Source of the DNA: the human T2T-CHM13v2.0 reference genome, Homo sapiens
Length of the DNA: 64,000 bases
Strand: one strand, 5' to 3'
Assembly (NCBI RefSeq): GCF_009914755.1
Contig: NC_060942.1
The notes beneath the pieces were generated by a model. That model had not been told where the DNA came from, did not search any database, and worked only from the letters and a program-made list of their open reading frames with translations. The position numbers were made by a program, and so were the translations under genes. The first letter of the stretch is position 1. Every line of letters starts with the position of its first letter. Positions 1-14,891 of the stretch are shown here, piece after piece.

Positions 1-149
1 TGTGAGAATTGAGGCCAGCCCGCAAGTGAGTTTGGGGTTTCATTTCATGTAACTGGTAGCACGGGAAACCCCAAACCAAGAAGTTAAGTAGTTCCAATTG
101 ACAACAAATGTAGATCCTCTCTGGAGGACTTACACACCCTCAGCCTAGG

Positions 150-1099
<950 letters not shown>

Positions 1100-1183
1100 T
1101 TAAATAGAGGAAAGTAGAAGAAAAAGACTGACTGACTTAGGGAAAAATGAAAACTAAGCAGAGACAGCCTGACATCTTCCTAC

Positions 1184-1290
1184 CTTTAAAACTCTCATGC
1201 AGTGAGTCAATACAGTCAGTGAACAGCTGCACAATGCTTGAGGCCACCACAGTATCACTCTCTAGCCAGGGGTAATGCCGCTGTTGGCTG
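1184..1290 (-). CDS. EPG5: EPG5 coding exon (~35), 107 nt
   Basis: TTTAAAG|CAGC ... AAAG|GTAGGA; SQQRHYPWLESDTVVASSIVQLFTDCIDSLHESFK; tandem acceptor could move the start to 1287. Confidence 0.92.
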
Positions 1291-1732
1291 CTTTAAAGAA
1301 AAGAAGCACACACTTAGGAATGCAACCGTGATTAAAATACTGTTAAGTCCCAGTGTCTAGGGCTGGCCTAAGTCCTGGAAGCCTGTCCATTATGTAGGCC
1401 TGACACACATTTAGAATACTTAAAAGGCTGTAAATAACTGCAGGCGAATTGTAGCTTGTAACACCAGCCATATAATTTTCTTTCATCTCCTTCATACCCT
1501 TTATTCCAATGCAATTAGATTTCAAAAATGTGCTATCTAAATAACCCTTAAATTAACATCTTTTTACATCAAATTTAGACCCTTGGACATCTTGGTTACA
1601 TTTCAAATGCCGTAGAAAAACACCCTAAGTCAGCTTCAACAGTTTTCTCTACTCAAAGCATTAAAAAAAAAAAATCAAATTCACATAACAAAGAGATGGC
1701 CAAATATTAACAAATAGAAAATGAGCAAATAA

Positions 1733-2031
<299 letters not shown>

Positions 2032-2062
2032 CAGAGAAATTCTTTATATGAAAAATTTAATT

Positions 2063-2373
2063 GGCTGGGCACGGGAGCTCATGCCTGTAATCCCAGCACT
2101 TTGGGAGGCAGAAGTGGGCAGACTGCTTGAGGTCAGGAGTTCAAGACCAGCCTGGCCAACATAGCAAAACACTGTCTCTACTAAAAATACAAAAAAAATA
2201 AAAATAAAAATAAAAAAATAGCTGGACGTGGTAGCATGCATTTGTAATTCCAGCTACTCAGGGGGCTGAGGCAGGAGAATCGCTTGAACCTGGGAGGCAG
2301 AGGTTGCAGTGAGCCAAGATCACGTCACTGCACTCCAGCCTGAGCAACAGAGTGAGACTCTGTCTTAAAAAAA
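2063..2373 (+). mobile_element. Alu (S-type)
   Basis: Alu dimer with expanded A-rich linker. Confidence 0.95.
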
Positions 2374-3323
2374 ATTTTTTTTTATTTTCTGAATCTGGTC
2401 TAGAAAACTCAATATCCAAATAGGTTCCGTTAATTCTTACTGGAAATAAACAAGCAGCCAGCACTATGGTAAGCAGTCTATATGTACACAGTCACTATAA
2501 AATCCTGAAGCTTGCAGATTATTCAGATAGCCCTCTAGCAAAAGCAAACATTCAGAACCTTTTATACTTTCCTTAAGTGGCTCGTAAAGCATCATGGGTT
2601 AATGCAAAGAGTCTAGAAACAGAAGTCTAAGACCTGAGTTCTAGTCGCAGCTTCAGCACTAACCAACCAGCTATGAGACTTGAGTTTGACATTCATGTTC
2701 TCTGAGTCTCAGAATCAAATTCAAGTTTTTGAAAACAACTCCTATAATGTGATGTTTACCACTGTCGTAATTTTTATAAAACCCTGACAAGTTCAACTAG
2801 CTTCTGCTTGTATACTTTCAGGGAAAAAAAAGATTCAGAAGGCAACTCACTGAATTTGGACAGCTCTATACCTCTAAGTATTTCAAATGCTTGTGAAATA
2901 ATGCTTTAATTGAAGAGTCCTAGATTTAAAGGTAATTCCCACCCAATAATTTTATAGCCAACTTAGTTCCAAAACACAACTGATGTAGTAGAGAAAAATC
3001 AGTCTCATAAAACCCTCAAGCGAACAGCATCATTTTTTCTGAAATTAAACACTAAAGTTTATTCAACCTCTTATTGTGGAAAACTGGAAATGAGTGTCCA
3101 GTTTTGTTCCAAAATTATTATCAAGATAATATCTCTGATGATCCAGACTAGCAATTCCATAAATAGAAAATGTCTTAAGTTTTGAAAAGAAGCCTTTTCT
3201 AAATTTAAATATGGCCTTACACTAAAAAATTAAATCTGTGAACTCATCACTTCTACCAAATACCATTTAGAATTTTAAGTCTACAAACGTCAAAGGAATT
3301 TGAATATCTAAAAAACTGTTTAC

Positions 3324-3396
3324 CTTTCGTTGTCCTCTAAAACCAGGATCCATGGCTTAAAGAGCTGAATGATTACTGAATGTAGGGATTTCAGCA
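3324..3396 (-). CDS. EPG5: EPG5 coding exon (~34), 73 nt
   Basis: TTTTTAG|TGCT ... AAAG|GTAAAC; VLKSLHSVIIQLFKPWILVLEDNE. Confidence 0.94.
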
Positions 3397-3960
3397 CTAA
3401 AAAGTTTTAGAGACAAAACAAAGGTCATCATTTGTCATTTGTCAATATCACTGCTCACATTATATAGAAAAATCTACCTCTTATTATCTGTAGCTTCATA
3501 AACCTATGTTAATGTATAAACAACATGCTTAGTGTAACTATGTATGTTTACGTTTTCATTGGCTACATTGGAATTTCTCTGAATTGAAGAATTTGTATTA
3601 CAATACAATATCATGGATAATTTTATAACACACTTTTAAAAAAGATAAATGTATAAGATTTAGAACCCCATCTTAGTAAGACAAATGACAGAAAGGGTTG
3701 GAAACTGAAACCTCTCTGTACCCCAACCTGCAAAGGAGGGGCAGAGACAAGCTATAGCAAGCACCCTACATTCACTATGTAATGAATATATCCATTCATA
3801 TATTGTGACATATATGACACATATATGGGCTCATGCCTGTTCTATATATTTCTACTTTCTCTCCTTGACACTCAATATAAATCTCTTAATGTGCCTATTT
3901 AAATCTCTCTTAATGGAAAGTCCAAACACCTAGCTCCACATCGCATGAGAAGTATATTAC

Positions 3961-4162
3961 CTGTTTTCCTGCTGGCAGTTGGGTCTTGGGCCAAACAGGT
4001 CATTTCTAAGTCAATCAGCCTTTTCACAAGGTAGCCCAAGAATGTCTTCACATCAGCCATATAAGGACTCCATTTTGAGAATAAACCAAAGCTTTTAAAG
4101 TCCATCTTGGATAACCGAAGCTTATAAAAAAAGTCTGAAAGCCACTGTATAGTCTCCATTAC
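3961..4162 (-). CDS. EPG5: EPG5 coding exon (~33), 202 nt
   Basis: CTTCCAG|GTAA ... ACAG|GTAATA; VMETIQWLSDFFYKLRLSKMDFKSFGLFSKWSPY...QDPTASRKT. Confidence 0.95.
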
Positions 4163-4309
4163 CTGGAAGAGACAACTAGTCAAAAAATGCTTACTAAATA
4201 TGTATTTTAGTAAAGTGTTATGATACACTGTGATGGGGGTGTATATAGTAGGTCTTTGACTTTATAAGAGAGTGGCAAAAATATAAAGCATATGAGAAAT
4301 AAATCAATG

Positions 4310-4665
<356 letters not shown>

Positions 4666-5022
4666 TAAATTCTCATGCAAATGCATATCAAACAGAAAGG
4701 ATAAAACCCAGAGCTCCATGGGACACTGCATCATAGAAACCCGACCAGAGGTCTCAGGGTGGAGTCCGATGGGCTAGGGTGGGCAGGAAAGATCTACAGG
4801 GGAGTGCCTGCCCTTGTCTTGGATACATGGGCAAGAATTAGACTCAGGGGAATGGGGTGAGCCATCTGGAAAAAGGGGACACGAGGGAACCAAAGCACTT
4901 AACACAAAGAAAAACACATGGCTCTTAAAGATAATGCACAAGTTTTCCAACTGCTTAAAAAATGAATAGCAAGGGAAATAAAAAGAAATGCACAAACACG
5001 TCAGAGACCAAAGGCTACACAC

Positions 5023-5171
5023 CTGCTTGTCTGACAAGAGAGCATCAGAAGAGCTGGGAAGCACGGCGCCCTCGGTGGACGCTGCCCCCTGCTGGCAGCT
5101 GGGGGCGCAGCAGCCCAGGGCTCTCAGAGTGGCCTTCCAACACTCGGGGCTCAGAAGCTGCTCCGCGGAGC
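5023..5171 (-). CDS. EPG5: EPG5 coding exon (~32), 149 nt
   Basis: CTGGCAG|GCTC ... GCAG|GTGTGT; SAEQLLSPECWKATLRALGCCAPSCQQGAASTEGAVLPSSSDALLSDKQ. Confidence 0.95.
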
Positions 5172-7221
5172 CTGCCAGCAGGGACAGGAAGAGCAAGTCA
5201 GTGGCTTTCCCGAAAGGAATATTTTAACTTGTAACAAAGAATATGAGCACCTTATAAAGGAATAAAAATAAAGCCAAAATCCAAAACAAACTCACAGGGA
5301 TATCTGGGGTGAGGAGGCCCAAGTAAAGAGAACCTAAGAGAAGAACTGGCCACCTGCACATTTGGTTTTCCTGGTTCCTGGTAACCCTGCTGGGAGTGAG
5401 CGCTGCTGAAGCTGGTGGAGCTACACTCAGAGGGGTGGGAGACCTGACCCTCCGACCCTGACTGGGGAATGGTGGCAGTGCCTCTCCTGGCTGGGGGACC
5501 ACAGCTATCTATGAGTGTGACAGAAACAACAGTCACAGGACAACGGAAACCACATGATGAAGGCAACTCAGGGCCTGGGCTCTCCAGAAGGAGTCTCCTA
5601 CCGGCCCCCCAATTCCCCGAAACCAAGACCCAGAGGCAGCATGGAAACGCTGGACAAGTCCAGCAGCCCATATTCTGAACTAGTCCCAACTCTGCTACTT
5701 AATAACTTCCCATCCCACAGGACAGGAATAATATCTCCTAAAGTACTTTCCACCCAGAGCGAACATGAGAATCAACTAAAATAACAGGTTCATGGAGCAG
5801 GTCTGAGGAGAACGATGGTGAGGCCAGTTACAATATGTCCAGTGTGAGGTACCTGGGGACAGTGCCAGTCTGTGTCCAATGGCCACTGGGGTCTGGATCT
5901 TAGGACAGCGCCCCAAAATTAAGCTATCACTGGAAATCACACATGCCTAGAAGGTGGCAGTGACATCAGGGAAAACAACGGGCTCACCCAGAGGGAATGA
6001 ATGCAGTAGAAGAGCAAAGGATGCTCCCAAGGGAACATCAACATGGTAGCCAAGGAGGAGAAAGAAACCAGGAGGCTGAAGCTCATGACATCTGAGAGGT
6101 ATCATATTGTTATTCTTAAGTCTGAATTACTTTTCTTGGTAAGAACAAATTTCTAGCTAAATTCCAGTCAATAGTGGTCTAATATAAATGGTTTACAATC
6201 TCTTTAAAAGATTTCAGGGAAAAATCCACAACACACACTATTTGAAACTTTAAAAGCTTAGAGAAAAAATTAGCTATGCACATATTCATTGGCATTTGTA
6301 CAAATGTATTTCCCTTCCACCATTCTCCACCCACCCTGCAACCTGCCTCTGTGGGAAACAATTAAAGCTTGAAGTGCTTTCAAAATGAGAGGCTGCACAT
6401 TTCAAGGTCCTTTGGGCAACCCGATACACTGGATCATTAACTTATCCATTAAACTATTTCTATGATGTAACACAAAAATTTGGTATAAAGCAAAATTTCA
6501 TTTGCTATTATATCTATAAACCGTATGAAGTTTGCATTAAAAAGTAAATACTATCTCATTTATCAAATTTTAATAAAATTACTGCCTAGCGAAACTCCAA
6601 AAATAAAAAAGCCTACCCTATTTATTTCTCCTCTAAACTCTAAAATTGCTATAGAAAATTGTAAGAAGGGGGAACAGAAGTGGCAGGAATGTGGAGATTG
6701 TAATGCTGCTCTTTCCCTTGGTAAATATAAATAAAGTCTATCATTACATATGGATAAAATTAATTTGCAAAAAACAAGAGTAAAAGACTTAGAAAGGAAA
6801 AACTCCCAAAATGTTTGGAACTACAGAGAAACAAACTGTCATATTAAACATATCATAAGGCACAACCTCCTTGCTTTGCCAGATCTGTCGTCTGCAGAGT
6901 AAGCCAGTCCTTTCCCACCCCACTTCAAGACAGCTGAAAAGTCAAGACAAAGAAGTACCTGCATGACTGTGGACTCCACCAAACTGGAGGTGCTGCCTTG
7001 CCCAATTAGAGCCCATTCTCAAATTTAGAACAATAACTGGCCATATTTACAGTAACAACTTTTTGGGCCTTGTTCATCAAGCCCTTTAGATGACAATTAG
7101 TGATTCTAAACTCCTATACTGGTATTACTTTCATATCTTTGAATAACATCTGTAAGATGAAAAATGTGATATTAAATATTCACTAAGATCTAGTTAGTTA
7201 CAATTAAATGAAGACACTTAC

Positions 7222-7435
7222 TTTGCATAAGCAGCCTGAGAATGTCACTGTACTGGTCAGGAAACTGGTAGAGAAGAAGATAAGTCCAGTGCTTACAGAA
7301 AAGATTAAATGGCATCAAAATATCCTCATCTGGTTCAAGGCCCCAGGCAGTAAGTGCCAAGTGAATGGACTCCAGAAGCCTGGTACGATCAGACAGAGGA
7401 GGTTTAGTGGCGCTTAACCATTGTTTAAGATCGAA
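7222..7435 (-). CDS. EPG5: EPG5 coding exon (~31), 214 nt
   Basis: TTTTTAG|TTCG ... CAAA|GTAAGT; [43 protein letters not shown]...ILRLLMQ. Confidence 0.95.
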
Positions 7436-7669
7436 CTAAAAAGAAAAAGAAACAAAAAGCCGTTTTATTTGCACTAGAAAAATAGTTTAAGAGGAGAGAG
7501 GTCTGTGTAAATTTAGTTTAAAAGCCAAAAATTACCCAGCATTTTATAAAAATTGAAATTAAAATGTATAAACAAGTACATAAAAGATTCAACCTGAGGA
7601 AGCTAATTGTAAAATAAATAAATAAATAATAAAAAGAGAAGTACATAAAAGAATATAAGAAGTTCACTA

Positions 7670-7984
<315 letters not shown>

Positions 7985-8386
7985 TCACTAATTGGTGCCA
8001 TTATGCATCTATTTCTATGTTACTATCTAGAATCTCAGAGGCAGAGTTTTCTAAGCTCTGTGTGCTTTTCTTGCAATTTAAAAATTTTACTGATGATTCA
8101 TTATTGGCTTATAATTTTATACTGTTCCTCAGAGTCTCATACATTTCTGTCTTATAATAAGTTTCCTCTCCAAGAACTGGATCAGAACTTCGTAGCTCTC
8201 CTTCACTGGCGACAGTGCCACAAATAAGCAGCCACTTTATGGAACTGTCTCAATTTAACAGCCATGTTTCTGGTCTGCATCAGTTACCTGTCTCAGTTAA
8301 TAAAATTCAGACTGTTGATATTCCCTTCCAAAATCCCAAACTATAAAACATGTTCTCCTCCATTATAGGCTGAGATCAATCTGTAG

Positions 8387-8732
<346 letters not shown>

Positions 8733-9128
8733 TAGATGTAACAGAAATACAAGTGAAGGCAAAGTAGCTAAGACTCTGAAATTCTCAACTGCTTAAGTAA
8801 ACTCATTACCTTGGTCTAACAGAGTTAATATTCTAATGTTATATACTAAGATATTAATATAAAATATAATATTAATATAAAATAAAATATTAAAGTTAAT
8901 ATTCAGAATGAGATCAAAGGCAATTTGCTTAGATCCAGCTTATTCTAAATATGAGAGAGACTAACAAAACCTTTGTCAAACACAATTTAGGCATAAATTC
9001 AGGATAAATTTTAAAAAAGGATGTACTAAACTACTATTATGAATATTTTCAAAACTGTATTAAGTTTTTAAAAAGGGGTGGGAATTAGGTCCTTTTTACA
9101 CTAAGTGGAATAAGACTACCCTATACAA

Positions 9129-9363
9129 CAGGGATCCCCAAGCCCCACCTCCTGTCAGATCACCCATGGCATTAGAGTCTCATAGAAGTGCGAACCCTAT
9201 TGTGACCTGTGCATGTGAAGGATATAGGTTGCATGCTCCATCTAATGCCTGATGATCTGAGGTGGAACAGTTTCATCCCAAAACCATCCCCTCTACTCCA
9301 GTCCATGGAAAAACTGTATTCCATAAAACCGGTCCCTGGTGCCAAAAAGGTTGGAGACCACTG
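9129..9363. mobile_element. MER1B-like hAT-Charlie element, internally deleted
   Basis: CAGGG...CACTG termini, MER1B-like body, perfect 8-bp TSD CTATACAA (9121-9128 and 9364-9371). Confidence 0.85.
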
Positions 9364-9567
9364 CTATACAAGACAACCAATGCCCCACCCCCTAAGAAGC
9401 AGCTGTGGGGTCAGACTGCTTGAAGCTCATGCAAACTGTGAAAAAGGCCTCTCAGCCTCTGCTGTACCTGGAAACAAAACTGCAGAGGTCCTTTTATTTC
9501 TGTAGAGGAGGAAGCAACAATCATTCCTACGTTTCAACAATATGGTGAGGATGGAATTACATCTTAC

Positions 9568-9762
9568 CTTGGTTAGCAGCATGAAAATCATATCACTGTT
9601 GTCCTCACTTAGAAACTTCACCACTTGCTCATACAGCTGTATGAACTCTGCAGGTGCAGCATTGGGAGTGAAGAAAGGAGACAGCAGGGAGCAGAGCCTG
9701 CTGTTCTTCAGAATGGTTTCAAGTACTTTTCTGCACTCTGATTTAATGCCACTGATAAATAC
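9568..9762 (-). CDS. EPG5: EPG5 coding exon (~30), 195 nt
   Basis: TTCCAAG|GTAT ... CAAG|GTAAGA; [31 protein letters not shown]...MIFMLLTK. Confidence 0.95.
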
Positions 9763-10007
9763 CTTGGAAAAATAAAAAGGAAAAATGTCACCAGATTCTT
9801 CCCTCACAACCTTTATTTAAGCAAGCAAATTTTTAAGGGGCACCAAATAAGGTGAATAGAATTTTTTTCTAAACAAAAGTCTGAAACAATCAAAAGACAG
9901 CTAAAATCAACATAGATAAGCCTATTGCTTCCAATGGAAGTAATATTAGAAATTCTGAAGAATCCATAAATCTGATTTGGACAAGTCACACAGAAAATGC
10001 TGAGTTA

Positions 10008-10333
<326 letters not shown>

Positions 10334-10513
10334 TTAAGACATTAAAATATTGGGGTACTTTGAATCCACAAACATGCAATGTCCCCACCATGATTACTAC
10401 AGTACCCAACATGGTGCTGCATTACGTCAGAAAACAAAACTTCCAGGTTATAGATTTTACTGAGAGTTATATTTAATACCTGTCAAAAACTAACTTCCAT
10501 AATAATATATAAT

Positions 10514-10531
10514 CAAGATGACGTCATCTTG
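10514..10531. promoter_or_regulatory. Full CRE (ATGACGTCAT) in an 18-bp perfect palindrome; putative bZIP site
   Basis: CAAGATGACGTCATCTTG read directly; function not shown. Confidence 0.35.
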
Positions 10532-10639
10532 TTTTAACTTGGTTCTAATATTTAAAAGTACAGAATATAAGCAAAAATTGAAACAATTTCACCGGCAGGA
10601 AGGCTTTCATATGGTTGACCACAGGCGGAAATAATAAAA

Positions 10640-11600
10640 GAACAAGACTGATAGGCTTGAATATATTAAAATTTTAACTTCTATAAGGCAAAAATATCAT
10701 AAAATTAAAGGAAAAAAATGACAAACTGGAAAAATGTTTTTTTAACACATTCCAGATGCCAGGTTAATAGTGTGAGGAGCTCTTTCAAAGCAATCGGAAA
10801 ACAAGAATCTCCAACAGAAAGTGTACAAAGGACCACAATCACCAATTCACAAAAGTATATATAAATGGCCAATAAACATATGAAAAGGCATATAACTTAA
10901 CAAGTACTTAAAGAAGTACAAATTAAAATAATAATGAAATACCACTCCCTTATCAGATTAGCAAAACTTAAAAGAATGAGAGTTCCTAATGTTGGTTATG
11001 GTATGAAGAATAACAAACTCAAACACTGCAATGATAGCATAAGTAGGTGCAAAATTCCCAGGGAAGGCAGAGTGACTATGTCAAGCATGATGTAAAACAT
11101 CAAATATACAATGTGTATCAAATTCCTTTGACACAGCAATCATACCTCTAAGAAATTATCCTAAAGAAAATAGTCCAACAAGTTCACAAAGACATACAAG
11201 AATATTTACCTCAGCCTGATTGCAGCAAAACAATCTACCTAAATATCCATCCATCAAACACTAGCTCAACACACTGTAATAAATCTGTATCATGGAGCAC
11301 TATACAGACATGCAATGTCTTGATATAGGTCTGTATTTATTAACATGAAATAATGTCTAAAAGATGTGTTTAAATGAAAAAGGAGGTTACAAAATAGCAT
11401 GAGCCCATTTTAAGTGCCTATCCATATCTATATATCTCTATATATGTAGAAATATGTTTACATATACATACACACAAATAGACACACATATACAAGACAA
11501 ACTATAATGAAATGTTAGCTATGTAGTCAGTATTTCTAGGTAGTTAGGATTATAAGAAAGTTTTCTTCTTCATACTTTCTATGCTGTCTGCATTGCTTAT
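10640..11600 (+). mobile_element. Old L1 (L1ME-like) 3' fragment
   Basis: Motifs of the L1 ORF2 end and 3'UTR (aaatggccaataaacatatgaaaa, atgaaataccact, cagcaatcatacctcta). Confidence 0.7.
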
Positions 11601-11616
11601 AATAAGCATACATTAA

Positions 11617-11908
<292 letters not shown>

Positions 11909-12229
11909 AGCACACATTAATTTTATGATCAGGATAAAAAACTTCCTACAAAAAAATCAATGATGATACCTGTTCAGCATTACTTCCTTGTAAGCATCCA
12001 ATAAGTAAGTACTCATTCAGTTGAATTTGGGTGAGAGTACATGGTTAACTAGTGTTTACATATTTCAAACAAGAGGTTTTCCTTTCTTTTATGAAACATT
12101 TCATAAATCTGTATGATTACCCTTACCCTTATTAAATATCTATCTATGTCACTGTAAGCCAAATAAATAAATAAACAAACAAATAAATGTTGACCAAGAC
12201 TAGCAACCGGGACACAGCAGTGGGGAGGT

Positions 12230-12440
12230 GGAGCAAGCACTGAGTGTTGTCAGAAGCCCTGGGATCCAGTCTCAGCTCCACACTCACCAGCTGAATTCTT
12301 TAGGCCAGTCACTTAATCTTCTAGAACCTAGTTTTCTCATCTTTAAGAAGGGAATCTCAATCACACAGATTCCCCATGAGGATTAAACAAACTGGGAAGT
12401 ATTTTTATAAACAATGAAGAGATTTAGTACTGTTATTGTT
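12230..12440 (+). mobile_element. MIR fragment
   Basis: Core similarity (agtcacttaatctt...agttttctcatct...gaggattaaa). Confidence 0.65.
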
Positions 12441-12701
12441 AAGAACACCAAGGATATATGACAAGTTCTGATGTCTCCCTAGACTTTCAAATATGAATAA
12501 TCTCCCTTGTATGAGAAGCAAAATTCTATACCAACAATTCTAATCATATTTTGAGAAGCCTACAACTCCAAGAGGCTTCTGACTTGGGTAAGACTCTGAA
12601 CCTGTAATATAAGTCTGAAGTCAATGCTGACTATATCCAAAGAAGACAGACACCGCAGAGACTCATTATCTGATCAAGGCAAAAGGTACAGATAGCCTTA
12701 C

Positions 12702-12858
12702 CTGTCCCAAGATCTCAATACATGAAGTAAAGAACTGCCTTGTTGGGGGATGACGCTGCGTCTCATCGCTGACGTAATCCACAATAGTAAAGAAAAGGCT
12801 AATGCCAACTTTCTGAATCCCAGGTGTAGGCTGCAACTTGTAGGCATTCACTAAGGCC
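12702..12858 (-). CDS. EPG5: EPG5 coding exon (~29), 157 nt
   Basis: CCCACAG|GGCC ... ACAG|GTAAGG; [52 protein letters not shown]. Confidence 0.95.
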
Positions 12859-13044
12859 CTGTGGGAAAATGTGGGTAAGACTGCAGTCTACAGTAAAAGA
12901 TTCCATACTCACAAGGCCTTCTTTGATACCCTACAATTTCTCAGGCAATATTCTTAAGAATCCTCAGAGCACCCATGAAAATGTCACTTTAGAAATATTT
13001 CATGGAGTAAATATATGTATCTTCCAATTTTACTGACAACTGAT

Positions 13045-13690
<646 letters not shown>

Positions 13691-14428
13691 GATTTTCAAT
13701 ACTTAGTAATAATTTCATAGTCTCCTAGGGGAAAAAAATCAGCTATAAGAACTAATTAACATTCTCATCCTTATTAAAAATGTTCATATTTTGCATGTAA
13801 TTCATAATTTGTTATTTAACTTTTTGTATTCTTTATATAATTTTTTTAAACACAAAACCCTGATTTCTCTACATTTTAAAATCCAAAACACTGACTAAAG
13901 TTGAGATAAAGATTTCTGTGTAGAATAAGATCTTAGAATAAAGATAGCCCTTCCAATTCTCACACCTTTTTGTGTCCCTTTCCCAGTAAAAGAAACATCA
14001 ACCTCTTGTTTGCCTGGTCTCCTCCTTCCCAGGAGCCCCAGCCCAACACACAAAAGGACTCGATGCTCCCCTCCATACACCATCCTACTCTACTGAGGGG
14101 ATCAGCTGTTGGAACTGGAATGTGGAGTCAGTCACCTTAAAGTAAAGGCAGAGTCAACCCCCACCTCCCAAGTCATGTCATGGTGGCTTTGGAAAGAAAG
14201 AGGACAGTGAGAGAAAGCCACAATGAAAGCCAAAAGAAAACGATGGTCAAATGCAAGTTCACAACCACACTTGAGAGTCCTAATTCCCCTAAATAATTGT
14301 GCTATGAACTTTGTTCAGTCATCTGAGTTGACAAGGATAAGTTCCTGGGTAAATGTGACTTTGATATAACACATAAGCACTAAATCTCTCCACAACTGAA
14401 TTTCAATGCACTATATCATCTCACAATT

Positions 14429-14637
14429 CAGGGGTCAGCAAACTTTTTCTATATAGGGCCAGATAGTTAATATTTTCTGCTTTATATCTCTGTTACAACC
14501 ACTCAATCCTTCTGCTGCAGCATAAAAGCCATAGAAATTATAAATAAATGGGGATGGCTGTGTTCCAATAAAACTTTATTTATAAAAATAAGTAGCAGGC
14601 CAGATTTGACTCAAAGGCCGTAGTTTGCTGATGTCTG
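14429..14637. mobile_element. MER58A-like hAT-Charlie element
   Basis: caggggtcagcaaact ... agtttgctgatgtctg inverted termini; ggctgtgttccaataaaactttattt core. Confidence 0.85.
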
Positions 14638-14748
14638 TACTAAATTAACCTGTGGGTGCTGCAGGGGTGGTGGTGGTATAGTAGCATGTATGATTACTAT
14701 TCATGATAACAAAACAGTATTTCAAATTATAATGCCTGCAAAACTTAC

Positions 14749-14891
14749 GTGATCAAGTTTTCTGCATGTACAGCAGCTTCCACAATATTAAGTGATGGTG
14801 GTTTAGCAGCTTCTGCTTGCAACTGCTTCACTTCCTTCCGTAAAACATGAAGCTGTTGGCTTATGGCTTCATTCTTATGCATGCCTTCAAA
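14749..14891 (-). CDS. EPG5: EPG5 coding exon (~28), 143 nt
   Basis: TTGTTAG|TTTG ... TCAC|GTAAGT; FEGMHKNEAISQQLHVLRKEVKQLQAEAAKPPSLNIVEAAVHAENLI. Confidence 0.95.

Noticed and set aside
5224-5784. Overlapping ORFs in a GC-richer intronic patch
   Set aside because: No recognisable protein or clear splice-bounded exon, and the flanking EPG5 exons already join in phase.
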